Virus record (IMG/VR): IMGVR_UViG_3300033420_000004
Span: 13,910-77,909 of that record
DNA length: 64,000 nt
Source of the DNA: a virus
Lineage: Duplodnaviria > Caudoviricetes
Direction: 5' to 3' (one strand)
Positions 1 to 9,143 of the stretch are shown here, piece by piece. Made by a program: the position numbers and the translations under genes. Under the pieces are notes generated by a model. The model was not told the DNA's origin. It saw only the letters and a program-made list of their open reading frames with translations, and ran no database searches. Every line of letters begins with the position of its first letter. Within the stretch, counting starts at the first letter, position 1.

Positions 1-67
1 CCCAAGCTGTTACACTTGGGTCGTTGGTCAGTATTGTGATTGCTGCAGATGGTTCACTTCTCTCCAT
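1..67 (-). CDS. N-terminal fragment of a RuvC-like Holliday junction resolvase (runs off the window edge)
   Basis: Manual translation MERSEPSAAITILTNDPSVTAWG resembles the RuvC first strand (IL.xDP.xT.xG); ATG overlaps the upstream TAA. Only 22 codons are visible. Confidence 0.45.
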   Translation of the reverse strand, partial: MERSEPSAAITILTNDPSVTAW

Positions 68-225
68 TATACTCGGCCTGCGTGTGAAATGAGTTCAACT
101 TGCTCTTCCAACCAGGAGACATAATCTGCCAAAAGAGAATATCTTGCATCAGTTTTTATACGCTCTGCTTCATCGGATACCTTGTACCCTGTGTTTATTT
201 TGTATTTTAAGTGTAGCTCATTCAT
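67..225 (-). CDS. hypothetical protein (52 aa)
   Basis: Manual translation MNELHLKYKINTGY...HAGRV*; fills the gap between neighbours with TAATG coupling; below the ORF-track cutoff. Confidence 0.6.
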   Translation of the reverse strand: MNELHLKYKINTGYKVSDEAERIKTDARYSLLADYVSWLEEQVELISHAGRV

Positions 226-229
226 AATT

Positions 230-487
230 TTACTTATAACTTTTTACAATTATGTCCCCGGAAATTTCAATTAAAGTATCACCCTCCGTAAAATAATACC
301 CGTCAGAATTTTCAGAATCGTTTAATGTTCCAACAAAATCGTATTCTGCAATCAACACACCGCCTGAATACTGCTCAACATGGTAGTGTCGGTTAGTTGT
401 TTGGAAGTTCTTCTTCATTCCTTCCAATTCCTTCTGACAGGAACTGAACAACATAACGGCTATGATTAAGCCCATGATTTTTTTCAT
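230..487 (-). CDS. putative lipoprotein (85 aa)
   Basis: Start moved to ATG at 487, which overlaps the uvsX stop (ATGA). MKKIMGLIIAVMLFSSC is a typical signal peptide II with lipobox Cys17. Confidence 0.7.
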   Translation of the reverse strand: MKKIMGLIIAVMLFSSCQKELEGMKKNFQTTNRHYHVEQYSGGVLIAEYDFVGTLNDSENSDGYYFTEGDTLIEISGDIIVKSYK

Positions 488-1542
488 CGTACTTTTGTTT
501 TTCGGTTTGAACTGAATTTTGATTGTATTTCTTCCCAAAGATCGATTACCTCTTCCCTTAGTTCTTTTTCAAGGTTTTCGTCTTCTACAAATTTGATAGC
601 CTCTTCCATACTTTTACCTATGGACTCTCCACCAAGTGTGTAGGTCGTATTTTTCGTGAAATCTTTTATGAACTGAAGGTTCTGTAAAGTGTTGTCAATA
701 CCATAATCGAACATGATCGTGACAGGAGCTTTGTTATAGGGTTTCCACACAGAGTTTTTGAATACCTCAACCTCAATGGTTATTCCTGTAATGCGCTCAA
801 TTGCTTTGCCGTTAATTGTCTTCTTAACCTTAATCTTCTCCATAAGATTAGTCTTCAGGCGCAAACTAGCGTAATATCCTACAGCCACGCCCCCTGGGGT
901 ACTGTACCTTGCCATGTTTCCTTTGGCTCCGATATTTTCCCTTACCTGATTACTACAAGCCATTATGTAGTTCTTATCAGTGATAATTCTACAGGTCTTG
1001 CGAAGTTCTTCAGAAAATTCCTTGGCTCTGCGCATTCCCATCTTGTCACCGTCTTCATCCTCCATTTCAAGTTTGGTTGAAAGAGCGGCAAGTGAATCGG
1101 CCATAATACCGTGGATGGTGTTTTTCTTCTTCCCTACAGGGTCCCATGTGCGGATTGGTTCAAATACCTCTGTAACGGTATCAGAGATCAAATAATTTTC
1201 CGGGGAAATAGTAACACCAAACATTGCTGCAAATTCTTTATTCAGGCGAGCCTCAGGGTCATGGAACATAATGTCTCCACCTTTACGCTGAATATCTCCT
1301 GCAATTTCTGAAAGCAGTATTGTTTTACCTGTACCATTTGGTCCGAAAATCTCTACAAATATTCCACCAGGAACACCACCACCACGGACCCTGCCACCTG
1401 AAATGGCAAGGTCGAGTAGTGTACTGCCTGTGGAAATCATCATTTCTGTAGACCCAACAAACTCTTCTTTTTTCTCAGCTTGTTTTTTTACCTGAGCTTT
1501 CATTTCTTTACTAAGCGGGTCTTTTTTGGCAGTTCTTTCCAT
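484..1542 (-). CDS. uvsX: RecA/UvsX-family recombinase
   Basis: ISTGSTLLDLAISGG, Walker A GPNGTGKT, Walker B IMADSLAAL, NQVRENIG and TPGG motifs of RecA-like recombinases. Confidence 0.92.
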   Translation of the reverse strand: MERTAKKDPLSKEMKAQVKKQAEKKEEFVGSTEMMISTGSTLLDLAISGGRVRGGGVPGGIFVEIFGPNGTGKTILLSEIAGDIQRKGGDIMFHDPEARLNKEFAAMFGVTISPENYLISDTVTEVFEPIRTWDPVGKKKNTIHGIMADSLAALSTKLEMEDEDGDKMGMRRAKEFSEELRKTCRIITDKNYIMACSNQVRENIGAKGNMARYSTPGGVAVGYYASLRLKTNLMEKIKVKKTINGKAIERITGITIEVEVFKNSVWKPYNKAPVTIMFDYGIDNTLQNLQFIKDFTKNTTYTLGGESIGKSMEEAIKFVEDENLEKELREEVIDLWEEIQSKFSSNRKTKVR

Positions 1543-2801
1543 TATTTTTTACCCTTCTTTTCTTTTTCCTCGATACAATCTTCCCAAACAGAGCAAACAT
1601 CACACTGTTTTTTGAGGTCTGTATCTACACCGAATCTGAAACCACTTGGACATCTGTTGTCCTCTCCTTTTGGTGCTAATTTCTCAGGCTCGGGAGCTTT
1701 TCTTGTACGAACTGGTTTTGCAACTTCCTTCACTTCTTCCTCTTCCTCTTCCTCTTCTTCCTCAACAGGTTCTGGTGCAGGTGCTCTTTTTGTGCGGACT
1801 GGTTTTTCCTCAACTTCTTCCTCTTCCTCAACTACAGGTCTTCTTCTGCGAACAGGAGCTTCATCCTCATCAGCTACTTCTGCAGCGGGTTTGCGTGTCC
1901 TTACGGGAGCCTCGACTTCGTCCTCATCAACGACAGCTCTGCTGCGTCTTGCGGGTTTTTCTTCCACTTCTTCTTCCTCTTCAGCTTTCTTACGTTTCCT
2001 GAGTGGAGCTTCTTCGCGAACTGTTTCCTTGGTTTCTTCATGAACGTCCTCAGGATCAAGTTCAAGGAAAATTGCATCGAGTTCCTTGTATGACAATATT
2101 TTAAAGCAGTTGTCAAGTGACGCTAATTTATCCAACATTGAGTCTTCGTAAGCTTCGTCACGATCGTCAAAGTCAATTCTGCTGGTTTCAGCGAAAGGTT
2201 TGCTCTTACCAATAGTTTCGGAAGAGAAACGTAAACTTAACGTCAAACCTTCTTCAAGGTCAGGGAAAATTTCATTCTCAGGTTTTTCTTCCAACTCTGT
2301 GTTGAGAAGTTTTTGGAACATAGCCTGAGAAATATCCCAAATGTGTGGTTTTTCCTCAAAATCTTTCATGCCAATGGGAACGACATAATATAGGTTTCTC
2401 AAGGATGGACGAAGTGCGACAATCTGATCTTTAGCTTCCTGGCTTCCGTCACTCTCTTTGGTAAGTTTGGCTCTGTATTCACAGATAGGACATTTCTTTC
2501 CTATAGTGGTGAGGCAAACAAAAGAATCATCATTTGCACCAATTTTTCTGTGAAGTTTATACGGTGCTTTGTACCAAATTTCACCAGGAACCGCAATCTC
2601 TACTTTTTCATTCCTATCCATGTGTTTGTCACTTGTGACAACATAAGGAAGGAAATCAAGCTTGGCTCTACCGCCAGGGGTTTCCTTAAACATTGATATT
2701 CCCTTGGGCAGTGATAAGTGTCCATAACTGCTTGCTGCGCTAGACTGTCTGTGTGCGTCATTGGCGACTTTTCCTGCAAACCTACTTTTTCGTTTTTCCA
2801 T
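1542..2801 (-). CDS. ssDNA-binding protein, T4 gp32-like, with long charged tail
   Basis: HRKIGANDDSFVCLTTIGKKCPICEY Zn-site-like motif, very acidic low-complexity C-terminal half, adjacent to uvsX/uvsY-like genes. Confidence 0.7.
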   Translation of the reverse strand: MEKRKSRFAGKVANDAHRQSSAASSYGHLSLPKGISMFKETPGGRAKLDFLPYVVTSDKHMDRNEKVEIAVPGEIWYKAPYKLHRKIGANDDSFVCLTTIGKKCPICEYRAKLTKESDGSQEAKDQIVALRPSLRNLYYVVPIGMKDFEEKPHIWDISQAMFQKLLNTELEEKPENEIFPDLEEGLTLSLRFSSETIGKSKPFAETSRIDFDDRDEAYEDSMLDKLASLDNCFKILSYKELDAIFLELDPEDVHEETKETVREEAPLRKRKKAEEEEEVEEKPARRSRAVVDEDEVEAPVRTRKPAAEVADEDEAPVRRRRPVVEEEEEVEEKPVRTKRAPAPEPVEEEEEEEEEEVKEVAKPVRTRKAPEPEKLAPKGEDNRCPSGFRFGVDTDLKKQCDVCSVWEDCIEEKEKKGKK

Positions 2802-2946
2802 CTTCTTGATCTTTTTTTAATTGTTTTATTGTATCTCGTAATCCGTGTTTCCAACCTAACATCTGCATTCTGGAGAAAAAATATACTAAAAACGGACTTA
2901 TTACAATGAATGCAGTAATTGCAATTACTACTAGTGTATATTTCAT
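2782..2946 (-). CDS. small single-pass membrane protein (54 aa)
   Basis: Manual translation MKYTLVVIAITAFIVISPFLVYFFSRMQMLGWKHG...KTKK*; ATG overlaps the uvsY-like stop (ATGA). Confidence 0.6.
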   Translation of the reverse strand: MKYTLVVIAITAFIVISPFLVYFFSRMQMLGWKHGLRDTIKQLKKDQEDGKTKK

Positions 2947-3425
2947 AACGGCCGTCTTTTCATTTTTCCTGCGACCCCCTCATCCACGCGTTTCTGTCGC
3001 ATTTCTCTCTCTTCGGCTAAATCCCTTGGTACCCTTGGTCCTGCGAAGTATTGTTGACCATGTAATTTTACCAAGTTCTCTAAAGCTGTTTTTCTAGCGT
3101 CAAATGCGAATACCGCACTTCTTGCTACAGATGCCTCGTACTCAGCCATTTGATATGTTTCCTGAACCTCAACATACTCAGGGTTCACAATAATAGCATT
3201 CATAATGGCATTCTCCGTAATTTTTTCAATTTTGTAAAAGTCAGGATTGTTCCTGATTTTCCTGTCCAATTCAGCTTTTTTCAAGTCAAGGTCCACTTTG
3301 GCCCTGTCCCGTTCAAGATTTGCCTGTGCTGATATCTTGGCGTACCGCATCATTAAAGCTGCTTGATCCAACCATTCGATATCCAAGGCGTTCTCATCGA
3401 TTTTTATGTCCTGTTCGTAGCTCAT
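2943..3425 (-). CDS. UvsY-like recombination mediator
   Basis: Helical protein with KITENAIMNAII.NPEY and AFDARKTALENLVKL, the UvsY pattern. Start placed at MSYEQ (3425) after an A/T-rich leader; the longer ORF-track start lies inside a hairpin. Confidence 0.7.
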   Translation of the reverse strand: MSYEQDIKIDENALDIEWLDQAALMMRYAKISAQANLERDRAKVDLDLKKAELDRKIRNNPDFYKIEKITENAIMNAIIVNPEYVEVQETYQMAEYEASVARSAVFAFDARKTALENLVKLHGQQYFAGPRVPRDLAEEREMRQKRVDEGVAGKMKRRPL

Positions 3426-3451
3426 ATATTTATTTGAAATTTTAAAACTAA

Positions 3452-3646
3452 GTGGGAGGGGCTGTTCCACGGCCAAGTGGCCTCCCACACTAGAGCCTCA
3501 ACTTATCTGCGGTATGTCTCCGTGCTCAGACTATCGGTTGGATTTAAGATCTTTTTTGGAAGCAGAGGGAGTTTGGAAATAATACAGACCTAAACAACTG
3601 TACTAGCCCATTACCACTCCCTCCTAGACGGGACATCACCCCCGTC
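3452..3646 (-). ncRNA. candidate structured intergenic RNA (three GC-rich hairpins)
   Basis: Inverted repeats at 3627-3632/3641-3646, 3565-3572/3616-3623 and 3452-3459/3481-3488 in a 244-nt gap of an otherwise tightly packed operon. Confidence 0.3.
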
Positions 3647-3669
3647 GTAATCCCAACAAAACAAACAAA

Positions 3670-4584
3670 CTACCCACGGAACACAGAATAACATGCCAGT
3701 ATTAATTTGCTGTAACCGCTATCAAAAAAATTATCAACAAACATTTCTAAAACCAGTGCCGCTCTGTCATTTTGTGTCTTTAACAAAACAGCCTGAGAAT
3801 ATCCCAAAACATGTCTTCGTATTCCCTCGGGATCCTGCTCTTTCAGCCCCCCTAGAACCTTGGAAATTTCAGTCCATTTTGCTGTTGGAGTGAGAAGGAG
3901 TCGACACAATTCTATGCTTTGGGATTGCTCTTGAGCTGTTCTCACAGCAACGGCTAATCTTTTATCTTCTTCGACCCCGAGTACTTGTTCGAGGACCGTA
4001 AGCGCATTCCTAGGATGGCCCGTTGCATCCTGTATGATTTGTTCATAAACTATCTTTTGTATTGATTTTTCCTCTGCTTTTACTACCCGGCGAAGTAATG
4101 TCATCATTTCAGAATCAGACAACGTCTTCGTTTGAAAGTTACTACACCTGCCTACAATAGCTTTCAAAAGTTTTTGCGGGTCGGTGGTGCAGAGTACAAA
4201 ATATACATGTTTTGGAGTGTCCTCAAGTATTTTCAGCATTCCAGCTTGTGCGTCAGCTGTAGCTTTTTGAAACTCGTCCATAATATACACCCTGCTAGAG
4301 CTTTCAATTGGCAGGTAGTTACATTGCTTTCTTATTTCTCTTATGGTGTCAATTCCTCTGTAATCAGCTATATCAACTTCCTGCAGGTCATTTCCCCTGC
4401 AATCCAACATTCCTGCTAGAATTCTACCTATGGTGGTTTTACCTGTTCCCGTAGGACCACTGATTAAAAACGCATGTGGACATTTCTCTTTGTCTTTCAA
4501 CATTGAGGTCAGACTATCGATGATTTCCTCATTTCCGATAACTCCCTCTAATGTACCTGGACGATGTTTTTGATATAGACTCAT
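3670..4584 (-). CDS. dnaX: clamp-loader AAA+ ATPase, DNA Pol III gamma/tau-like
   Basis: LYQKHRP, HAFLISGPTGTGKTT, VYIMDE, LKILEDTP, CTTDPQKL and GRC sensor motifs typical of DnaX. Confidence 0.88.
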   Translation of the reverse strand: MSLYQKHRPGTLEGVIGNEEIIDSLTSMLKDKEKCPHAFLISGPTGTGKTTIGRILAGMLDCRGNDLQEVDIADYRGIDTIREIRKQCNYLPIESSSRVYIMDEFQKATADAQAGMLKILEDTPKHVYFVLCTTDPQKLLKAIVGRCSNFQTKTLSDSEMMTLLRRVVKAEEKSIQKIVYEQIIQDATGHPRNALTVLEQVLGVEEDKRLAVAVRTAQEQSQSIELCRLLLTPTAKWTEISKVLGGLKEQDPEGIRRHVLGYSQAVLLKTQNDRAALVLEMFVDNFFDSGYSKLILACYSVFRG

Positions 4585-4600
4585 TTTATTTTGCGTTTGA

Positions 4601-4636
4601 TATATTATACGTAAAAAAAGTTCCCTGTGTTCAAAT
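4601..4636 (-). promoter_or_regulatory. phage-specific promoter-like motif, copy 1
   Basis: Minus strand ATTTGAACACAGGGA-N-TTTTTTA-N-GTATAATAT upstream of dnaX; near-identical copy at 10531-10565. Confidence 0.6.
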
Positions 4637-4649
4637 ATGAAAAATAAAT

Positions 4650-6041
4650 TTAAAAACCCTCTACTTTCTTCTTTTCAGACCAGGGTTGGTCCACTTCTGC
4701 GATCTCAGCCTCAATCTCAATGGGAACAATTATCCAGTCCCAAAATGCAGGGAGTTCAACAGTGAATACCCTTTTTACTGTGGCCAACACGTATTCCCGT
4801 TCCTTTGGGTGTAGGTCGAAAATAATACTATCATGAATTTGACCAATGATTCTAGACTTCCATTTCTCTTTGATAGAAAGCTCTGTAAGCCTTGTCAGTG
4901 ACCACAAAAGGCAGTGAAATGCGGCACCTTGAACAGGGTAATTAATAACGTCTTTCTTATTCATAACACCATTGAACCTAAATCCCGTTAAGGAGTCAAC
5001 AAACCCGTCTTTCTGATATTGTTTCCACCAACGGTCTTTCCACTGTGCATAGACTCTGAACCGTTTATTCCAAAAGAAATCTTCAATGTCTTTCATGTGT
5101 TCTGTGAAATCATCCATCGATTTAATTCCTTGGGAAATAAGGTGATCAGAAATAGTGCCCTCAGGCATTGCAACTCCCTGCCCTGGTTTCCATTTACCAT
5201 TGGGAAGGCCCATCCACTTGCTACCAATATTAACGGCACAATTCTTATAGTAATCACCATAGAATTCAGGAAAAACAAACCCGTTCTTGGTAGCGTTTCT
5301 CAGTACTTTGTGATCTTTTTTGTTAAATCCCGGCAAAATGAATATCTCTTTTGCCATGTCACCGTGCATGTCTGTTGTGGGGTCATTGATGTATGACAGC
5401 ATCACAGGGTCCTTATGATAACATGCAGCAACCCTTACCTCGGCCGAACCCAAATCCACTTCCAATAATTGATGTCCTGGACGAGCAAATAAAGCACTTC
5501 TGATGGTCTGCATGGCAAAAGCATCACGTACAGGAATATTTTGGAAATTTGGACTATCACTGCTACTTCTGAAGGTTTTTACAAGGTGTAAATTGAACGA
5601 GGGATGGATATAACCATCAACCTGCTCCCTGAGAAACGCTTCTAAATAGGTATCCCTTATCTTTTTAAGTTTTTTTGCCTCAATTATGTATGCAAGCTCG
5701 GGAAGGTTCATTGCTTCCAAAGCCTCTTCATCTGTGGAACCAAAGCCACTTGTCGTTGTCTTTACTGCTTCTATCTTTTTTACCTTGTACAGAAATGTTC
5801 CCAACTGTTGACTTGAGTACATGTTTGGGGCTCCTGACTTAACTGTGTGGCACCAATGTGAATACAGTTTGGTTTCCTTGAACTTTGCCTCCGCCCTTGT
5901 TATCATTCTATCGATATGCTTTTTCTTACTCTCAGCATATTCCATATCGATCCTAATACCAGCCTGCTCCGCACGACTAAGTGCTAGTATCCCTTTTTGA
6001 AATAAATAATAAGCTTGATGTGATTGCGGATTTATATTCAT
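4650..6041 (-). CDS. polA: family A DNA polymerase, polymerase domain only
   Basis: RSSSDSPNFQNIP, motif A LLEVDLGSAEVRV, motif B RNATKNGFVFPEFYG, NYPVQGAA, motif C QIHDSIIFD; no exonuclease domain in this ORF. Confidence 0.93.
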   Translation of the reverse strand: MNINPQSHQAYYLFQKGILALSRAEQAGIRIDMEYAESKKKHIDRMITRAEAKFKETKLYSHWCHTVKSGAPNMYSSQQLGTFLYKVKKIEAVKTTTSGFGSTDEEALEAMNLPELAYIIEAKKLKKIRDTYLEAFLREQVDGYIHPSFNLHLVKTFRSSSDSPNFQNIPVRDAFAMQTIRSALFARPGHQLLEVDLGSAEVRVAACYHKDPVMLSYINDPTTDMHGDMAKEIFILPGFNKKDHKVLRNATKNGFVFPEFYGDYYKNCAVNIGSKWMGLPNGKWKPGQGVAMPEGTISDHLISQGIKSMDDFTEHMKDIEDFFWNKRFRVYAQWKDRWWKQYQKDGFVDSLTGFRFNGVMNKKDVINYPVQGAAFHCLLWSLTRLTELSIKEKWKSRIIGQIHDSIIFDLHPKEREYVLATVKRVFTVELPAFWDWIIVPIEIEAEIAEVDQPWSEKKKVEGF

Positions 6042-6730
6042 TTTTTATAGTGTTTAGGTAAGTTTTTTCCCCATTGAGTTGCCATTGCAACTGCTAAACC
6101 GTGAAATGTTTTACTTCTCGTGTTTCCCACACTGACGGCATTGTTCTTTTTGTTCAGAAAAGCGTCAGCATACCACTGTGGTTGTTTCTTTGCCTTGCCT
6201 GACTTACTATCAACCCAATGGAAGAATTCTCCCTTGCCTACATGCGTGGTTTCCTCTGTGAATAAATCAGGCTCTGAATTGTGGTGCAGGGGAGGTAAGT
6301 TTTTAAGCCAAAGACAGGTTGTTTTCTGAAATTCATCACCAAAAAAGTATGGTTGCACAATCTGATCAGGTTTTCTGTAAAGCCTGCTCATTATGCCAAT
6401 AGGATTTTCCACGGCAATACTGTGTATTTTGGCATTTATTAACTTCATAAAGAAATCAATACCCTCCTGCTGTCTGCCATCTTCACGCTTTTTAGCAAAG
6501 GATGGTGCCCCGGAAACGGCTAAATGTGTGCATGGCGGGAAGAAAATTCCAACCTTTATTTCAGGATGTTCATCGATCACCTTCAAAACGTCTTCCTGAA
6601 TATGCCACTCAGGGTGACCACCAGAAGAAGGCTCTGTATCGCAACTAAAAGCAATGATACCTAATTTTCTAAGTTCAATGGTAACGGCTTGTGATTCTTC
6701 ACAGCCAATTAAATAATCAATCTTTTCCAT
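6038..6730 (-). CDS. phage DNA cytosine methyltransferase-like protein
   Basis: LIGCEESQ, FSCD, catalytic FPPCTHLAVSG, AVENPIG, KTTCLWL and RSKTF motifs of short phage C5-MTases. Confidence 0.75.
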   Translation of the reverse strand: MEKIDYLIGCEESQAVTIELRKLGIIAFSCDTEPSSGGHPEWHIQEDVLKVIDEHPEIKVGIFFPPCTHLAVSGAPSFAKKREDGRQQEGIDFFMKLINAKIHSIAVENPIGIMSRLYRKPDQIVQPYFFGDEFQKTTCLWLKNLPPLHHNSEPDLFTEETTHVGKGEFFHWVDSKSGKAKKQPQWYADAFLNKKNNAVSVGNTRSKTFHGLAVAMATQWGKNLPKHYKK

Positions 6731-6731
6731 T

Positions 6732-7946
6732 TTAAAAGGGGAGGTTATTAAGTATCAGTGTTCTTTGTAGCATAGCCAAACGAAATTCGTAAATGCTATC
6801 AAGTGCACAGTATTCCATTAATTTACGCCTGCCTGCTTCCGTCTGAATAAGTTCTTCAATCCTATTTTTGGCGTTACCATCCTTCTCAACACTCTTCAAC
6901 CATGGAGAAACTTCACTTGCATAATCAGATACTCCAAAATTTACATATGTTTGGAATTTCAGTCCTGAAATATTGGGTCTGTTATCAATAATGTGTGCGG
7001 CAAGCATGGAATCCCATTCCCAGGATTCAACATCCTGCTTGAGGAAAACATGGCTCCAGGTCTGTTCAAATTTTATGTTGTGGGCAAATTTTCGAATGCT
7101 GCCATCTGCCAACATTTCTAAAAATGGCTTACGTAGTGTCTCGGTTTCAGGCATCATAAATACATGCACCACATCTTCACTCACAGCAATTGATGCACAG
7201 ATTATTTTGTGTCCCGGCGCATGTGGTTTTATTCCCGTGGTTTCATAGTCAAATGCAACAATGGAACCTTGTGGAACAACCTCTTTTATTAAGTTCAGAT
7301 CGTTATGGTAATGAATAACGGGTGCATGAGTCTTCGGAAGTACTGATTCTGCCTTACGTACAGCGTTTTCCAAGTCTTTCATCCAAATCAACTCAGCAAT
7401 TTTATCTGCGTCAATTATCTCAAAAGGTGCAAAGGTAGGACAAACCCAAGCCTTGTACTCTTTATCCGGAATGATGAAACCTCTCCAACGCTCAATCGAT
7501 TTAAGTTCTTCTTTCCAATGAGCACCAACAATACTGTGGAGTGCCATATCCCCAAGGACAATTATCACATTGGGCATGAGTTCTTTTATCTGCCTGCTTA
7601 CAATGGTTGTCCTACAGCAATCAATCATGTAGTGGTTGGGCATTTTCTCATCGTAGCAGTTAACGGCATTAATCGATGCACAGTCTTCGAAAAGATCAAC
7701 ACCAAGTCTTGAGAGAGCCGTCTTTAAGTAACGACCCTCACGACTTTGCCACATCTTGTCCCTGTCGTCGTCAAGTAGGTCAGGAAACTCACCCACAATT
7801 AAAATTCCCTTTCCGAAATTTCCCCAGGCTTTCATCTTTGGACTTTTGGCAGATTTATACCTGCCGCAAGACGCACAGGATAAAACCTTGCCGTCAGGTC
7901 TTGACATGCTTTGAGTCTCCTTTAATGTGAGAAATCCTTCGTTCAT
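6732..7946 (-). CDS. family-4 uracil-DNA-glycosylase-like domain fused to a 3'-5' exonuclease (PolA N-terminal part)
   Basis: CASCGRY, IVGEFP, NAVNC and CC (UDG-4 Fe-S pattern), followed by ExoI FDYETTG, ExoII HNIKFE, DSML and ExoIII YCALDS. Confidence 0.88.
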   Translation of the reverse strand: MNEGFLTLKETQSMSRPDGKVLSCASCGRYKSAKSPKMKAWGNFGKGILIVGEFPDLLDDDRDKMWQSREGRYLKTALSRLGVDLFEDCASINAVNCYDEKMPNHYMIDCCRTTIVSRQIKELMPNVIIVLGDMALHSIVGAHWKEELKSIERWRGFIIPDKEYKAWVCPTFAPFEIIDADKIAELIWMKDLENAVRKAESVLPKTHAPVIHYHNDLNLIKEVVPQGSIVAFDYETTGIKPHAPGHKIICASIAVSEDVVHVFMMPETETLRKPFLEMLADGSIRKFAHNIKFEQTWSHVFLKQDVESWEWDSMLAAHIIDNRPNISGLKFQTYVNFGVSDYASEVSPWLKSVEKDGNAKNRIEELIQTEAGRRKLMEYCALDSIYEFRLAMLQRTLILNNLPF

Positions 7947-7947
7947 A

Positions 7948-8949
7948 TTATTTTCGAATGCTTAGGTACGTCCAATTACTTCCTTTGAATATCATAACAC
8001 TTGCACACAACATACATGTTAGTGTTTCTGAAAGCACACTTTTTAAAATTTTGGGAACCACAACAAATGTGATAGGCTCGTCTTTGTATTGAAAATTCAG
8101 ACTTTCTTCAAACCATCCTATTTCTGACTCCGAGCGTATGGTAAACTTGTTATCTGCCATGGTAATTGATACCTGTTCAAGTGAACTGGTTTCGGATTTC
8201 GAAAAAACAGTGGCACGATCAAAAACTTCCAGTGTGGATTTAGGGAAGGTAAAATCTCTTCCTGTTTGGTTCAGAATAACTTCAAGATTTGGATAATCGT
8301 CCATGAATAATCTGCAGGACAAAATAGTATCCTCTTCTGATTTGAAATGTATCCAGCCATCACTGTGTGCCATTTCATTTGGGTTCAGTTTCAACACTTG
8401 TTTCGCTGATGATGCAGGTAAAAGGAATTCAGGAACAGGCACAGCTTCTTTAAGAATAAATTTACTTATTCTAAATGCATCTGTAGCCTCTACAATATCC
8501 TCTTTAACATGAACTGTCATCAAAACCGGGCGTGTTATGCTTGTACTGCACGATGGTACTGCGAATTTTAACGCTTCTAGAAAATCTTTGGGAACAGGGA
8601 ACCAATTTGCAGCGGTATTTATTTCTTCCAATGGAAGTTTAACCTCTGAAACCAAGGTCATTCCCGCCTTACTTCTGCCCGAGGTAAACAATATCTCAGA
8701 GTCAGTTAATACCACTTCAATTTCATCAGATTTTAATTTGTGCAAAAGTGAGTACAGTTCTTCTGCTTTGATAGCTCCCTTTAACTCCATTCCTGCTACA
8801 GGATGAGATAGGCTGATTTCATTGTTGAACGTAACTACTCTGTCATTTACAAAGGCAAATGATGAAGCCTGCTCAATAACATCTTTTGAGGCTAGTCCTG
8901 GTTTTACCACTTCTAGCGCGATCTGTAATTCTGCTTTATTTATTACCAT
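7948..8949 (-). CDS. dnaN: sliding clamp, DNA Pol III beta-like
   Basis: 333 aa; TRPVLMTVHV, VEATDAFRIS and DDYPNLE match DnaN (xRPxLxG, ATDxxRL, xxYP); lies in the replication operon. Confidence 0.8.
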   Translation of the reverse strand: MVINKAELQIALEVVKPGLASKDVIEQASSFAFVNDRVVTFNNEISLSHPVAGMELKGAIKAEELYSLLHKLKSDEIEVVLTDSEILFTSGRSKAGMTLVSEVKLPLEEINTAANWFPVPKDFLEALKFAVPSCSTSITRPVLMTVHVKEDIVEATDAFRISKFILKEAVPVPEFLLPASSAKQVLKLNPNEMAHSDGWIHFKSEEDTILSCRLFMDDYPNLEVILNQTGRDFTFPKSTLEVFDRATVFSKSETSSLEQVSITMADNKFTIRSESEIGWFEESLNFQYKDEPITFVVVPKILKSVLSETLTCMLCASVMIFKGSNWTYLSIRK

Positions 8950-8954
8950 GGTTT

Positions 8955-9143
8955 TTAATATCTTATGGTTAGTGGGGTTTCTGAAACATTTATTTTCTCC
9001 TCCATAGAAACTATGGTTTGCAAAATAGCTTCCCCGGTTTCCTGTGTGATTATTATTTGTCTGTGTTTCTTGTCAGAAAAATAACCAATTAAAACGAAGC
9101 TATCTAAGTTAGGCCGTTTCTTTATGTTTATTGTTTTGCTCAT
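8955..9143 (-). CDS. hypothetical protein
   Basis: 62-aa ORF filling the operon gap. Confidence 0.55.
   Translation of the reverse strand: MSKTINIKKRPNLDSFVLIGYFSDKKHRQIIITQETGEAILQTIVSMEEKINVSETPLTIRY

Noticed and set aside
1480-2043. Long opposite-strand ORFs in the track (e.g. 1480-2043, 17518-18090, 53396-54031, 15043-15393)
   Set aside because: Antisense shadows of real genes, with Ser/Phe-rich composition from codon bias.
3426-3669. Group I intron (GATAGTCTGAG...GAGACATA resembles a P7/P9 junction)
   Set aside because: No convincing P7 partner strand, and both flanking genes look complete, with no frame restored by splicing; kept only as a generic structured RNA.
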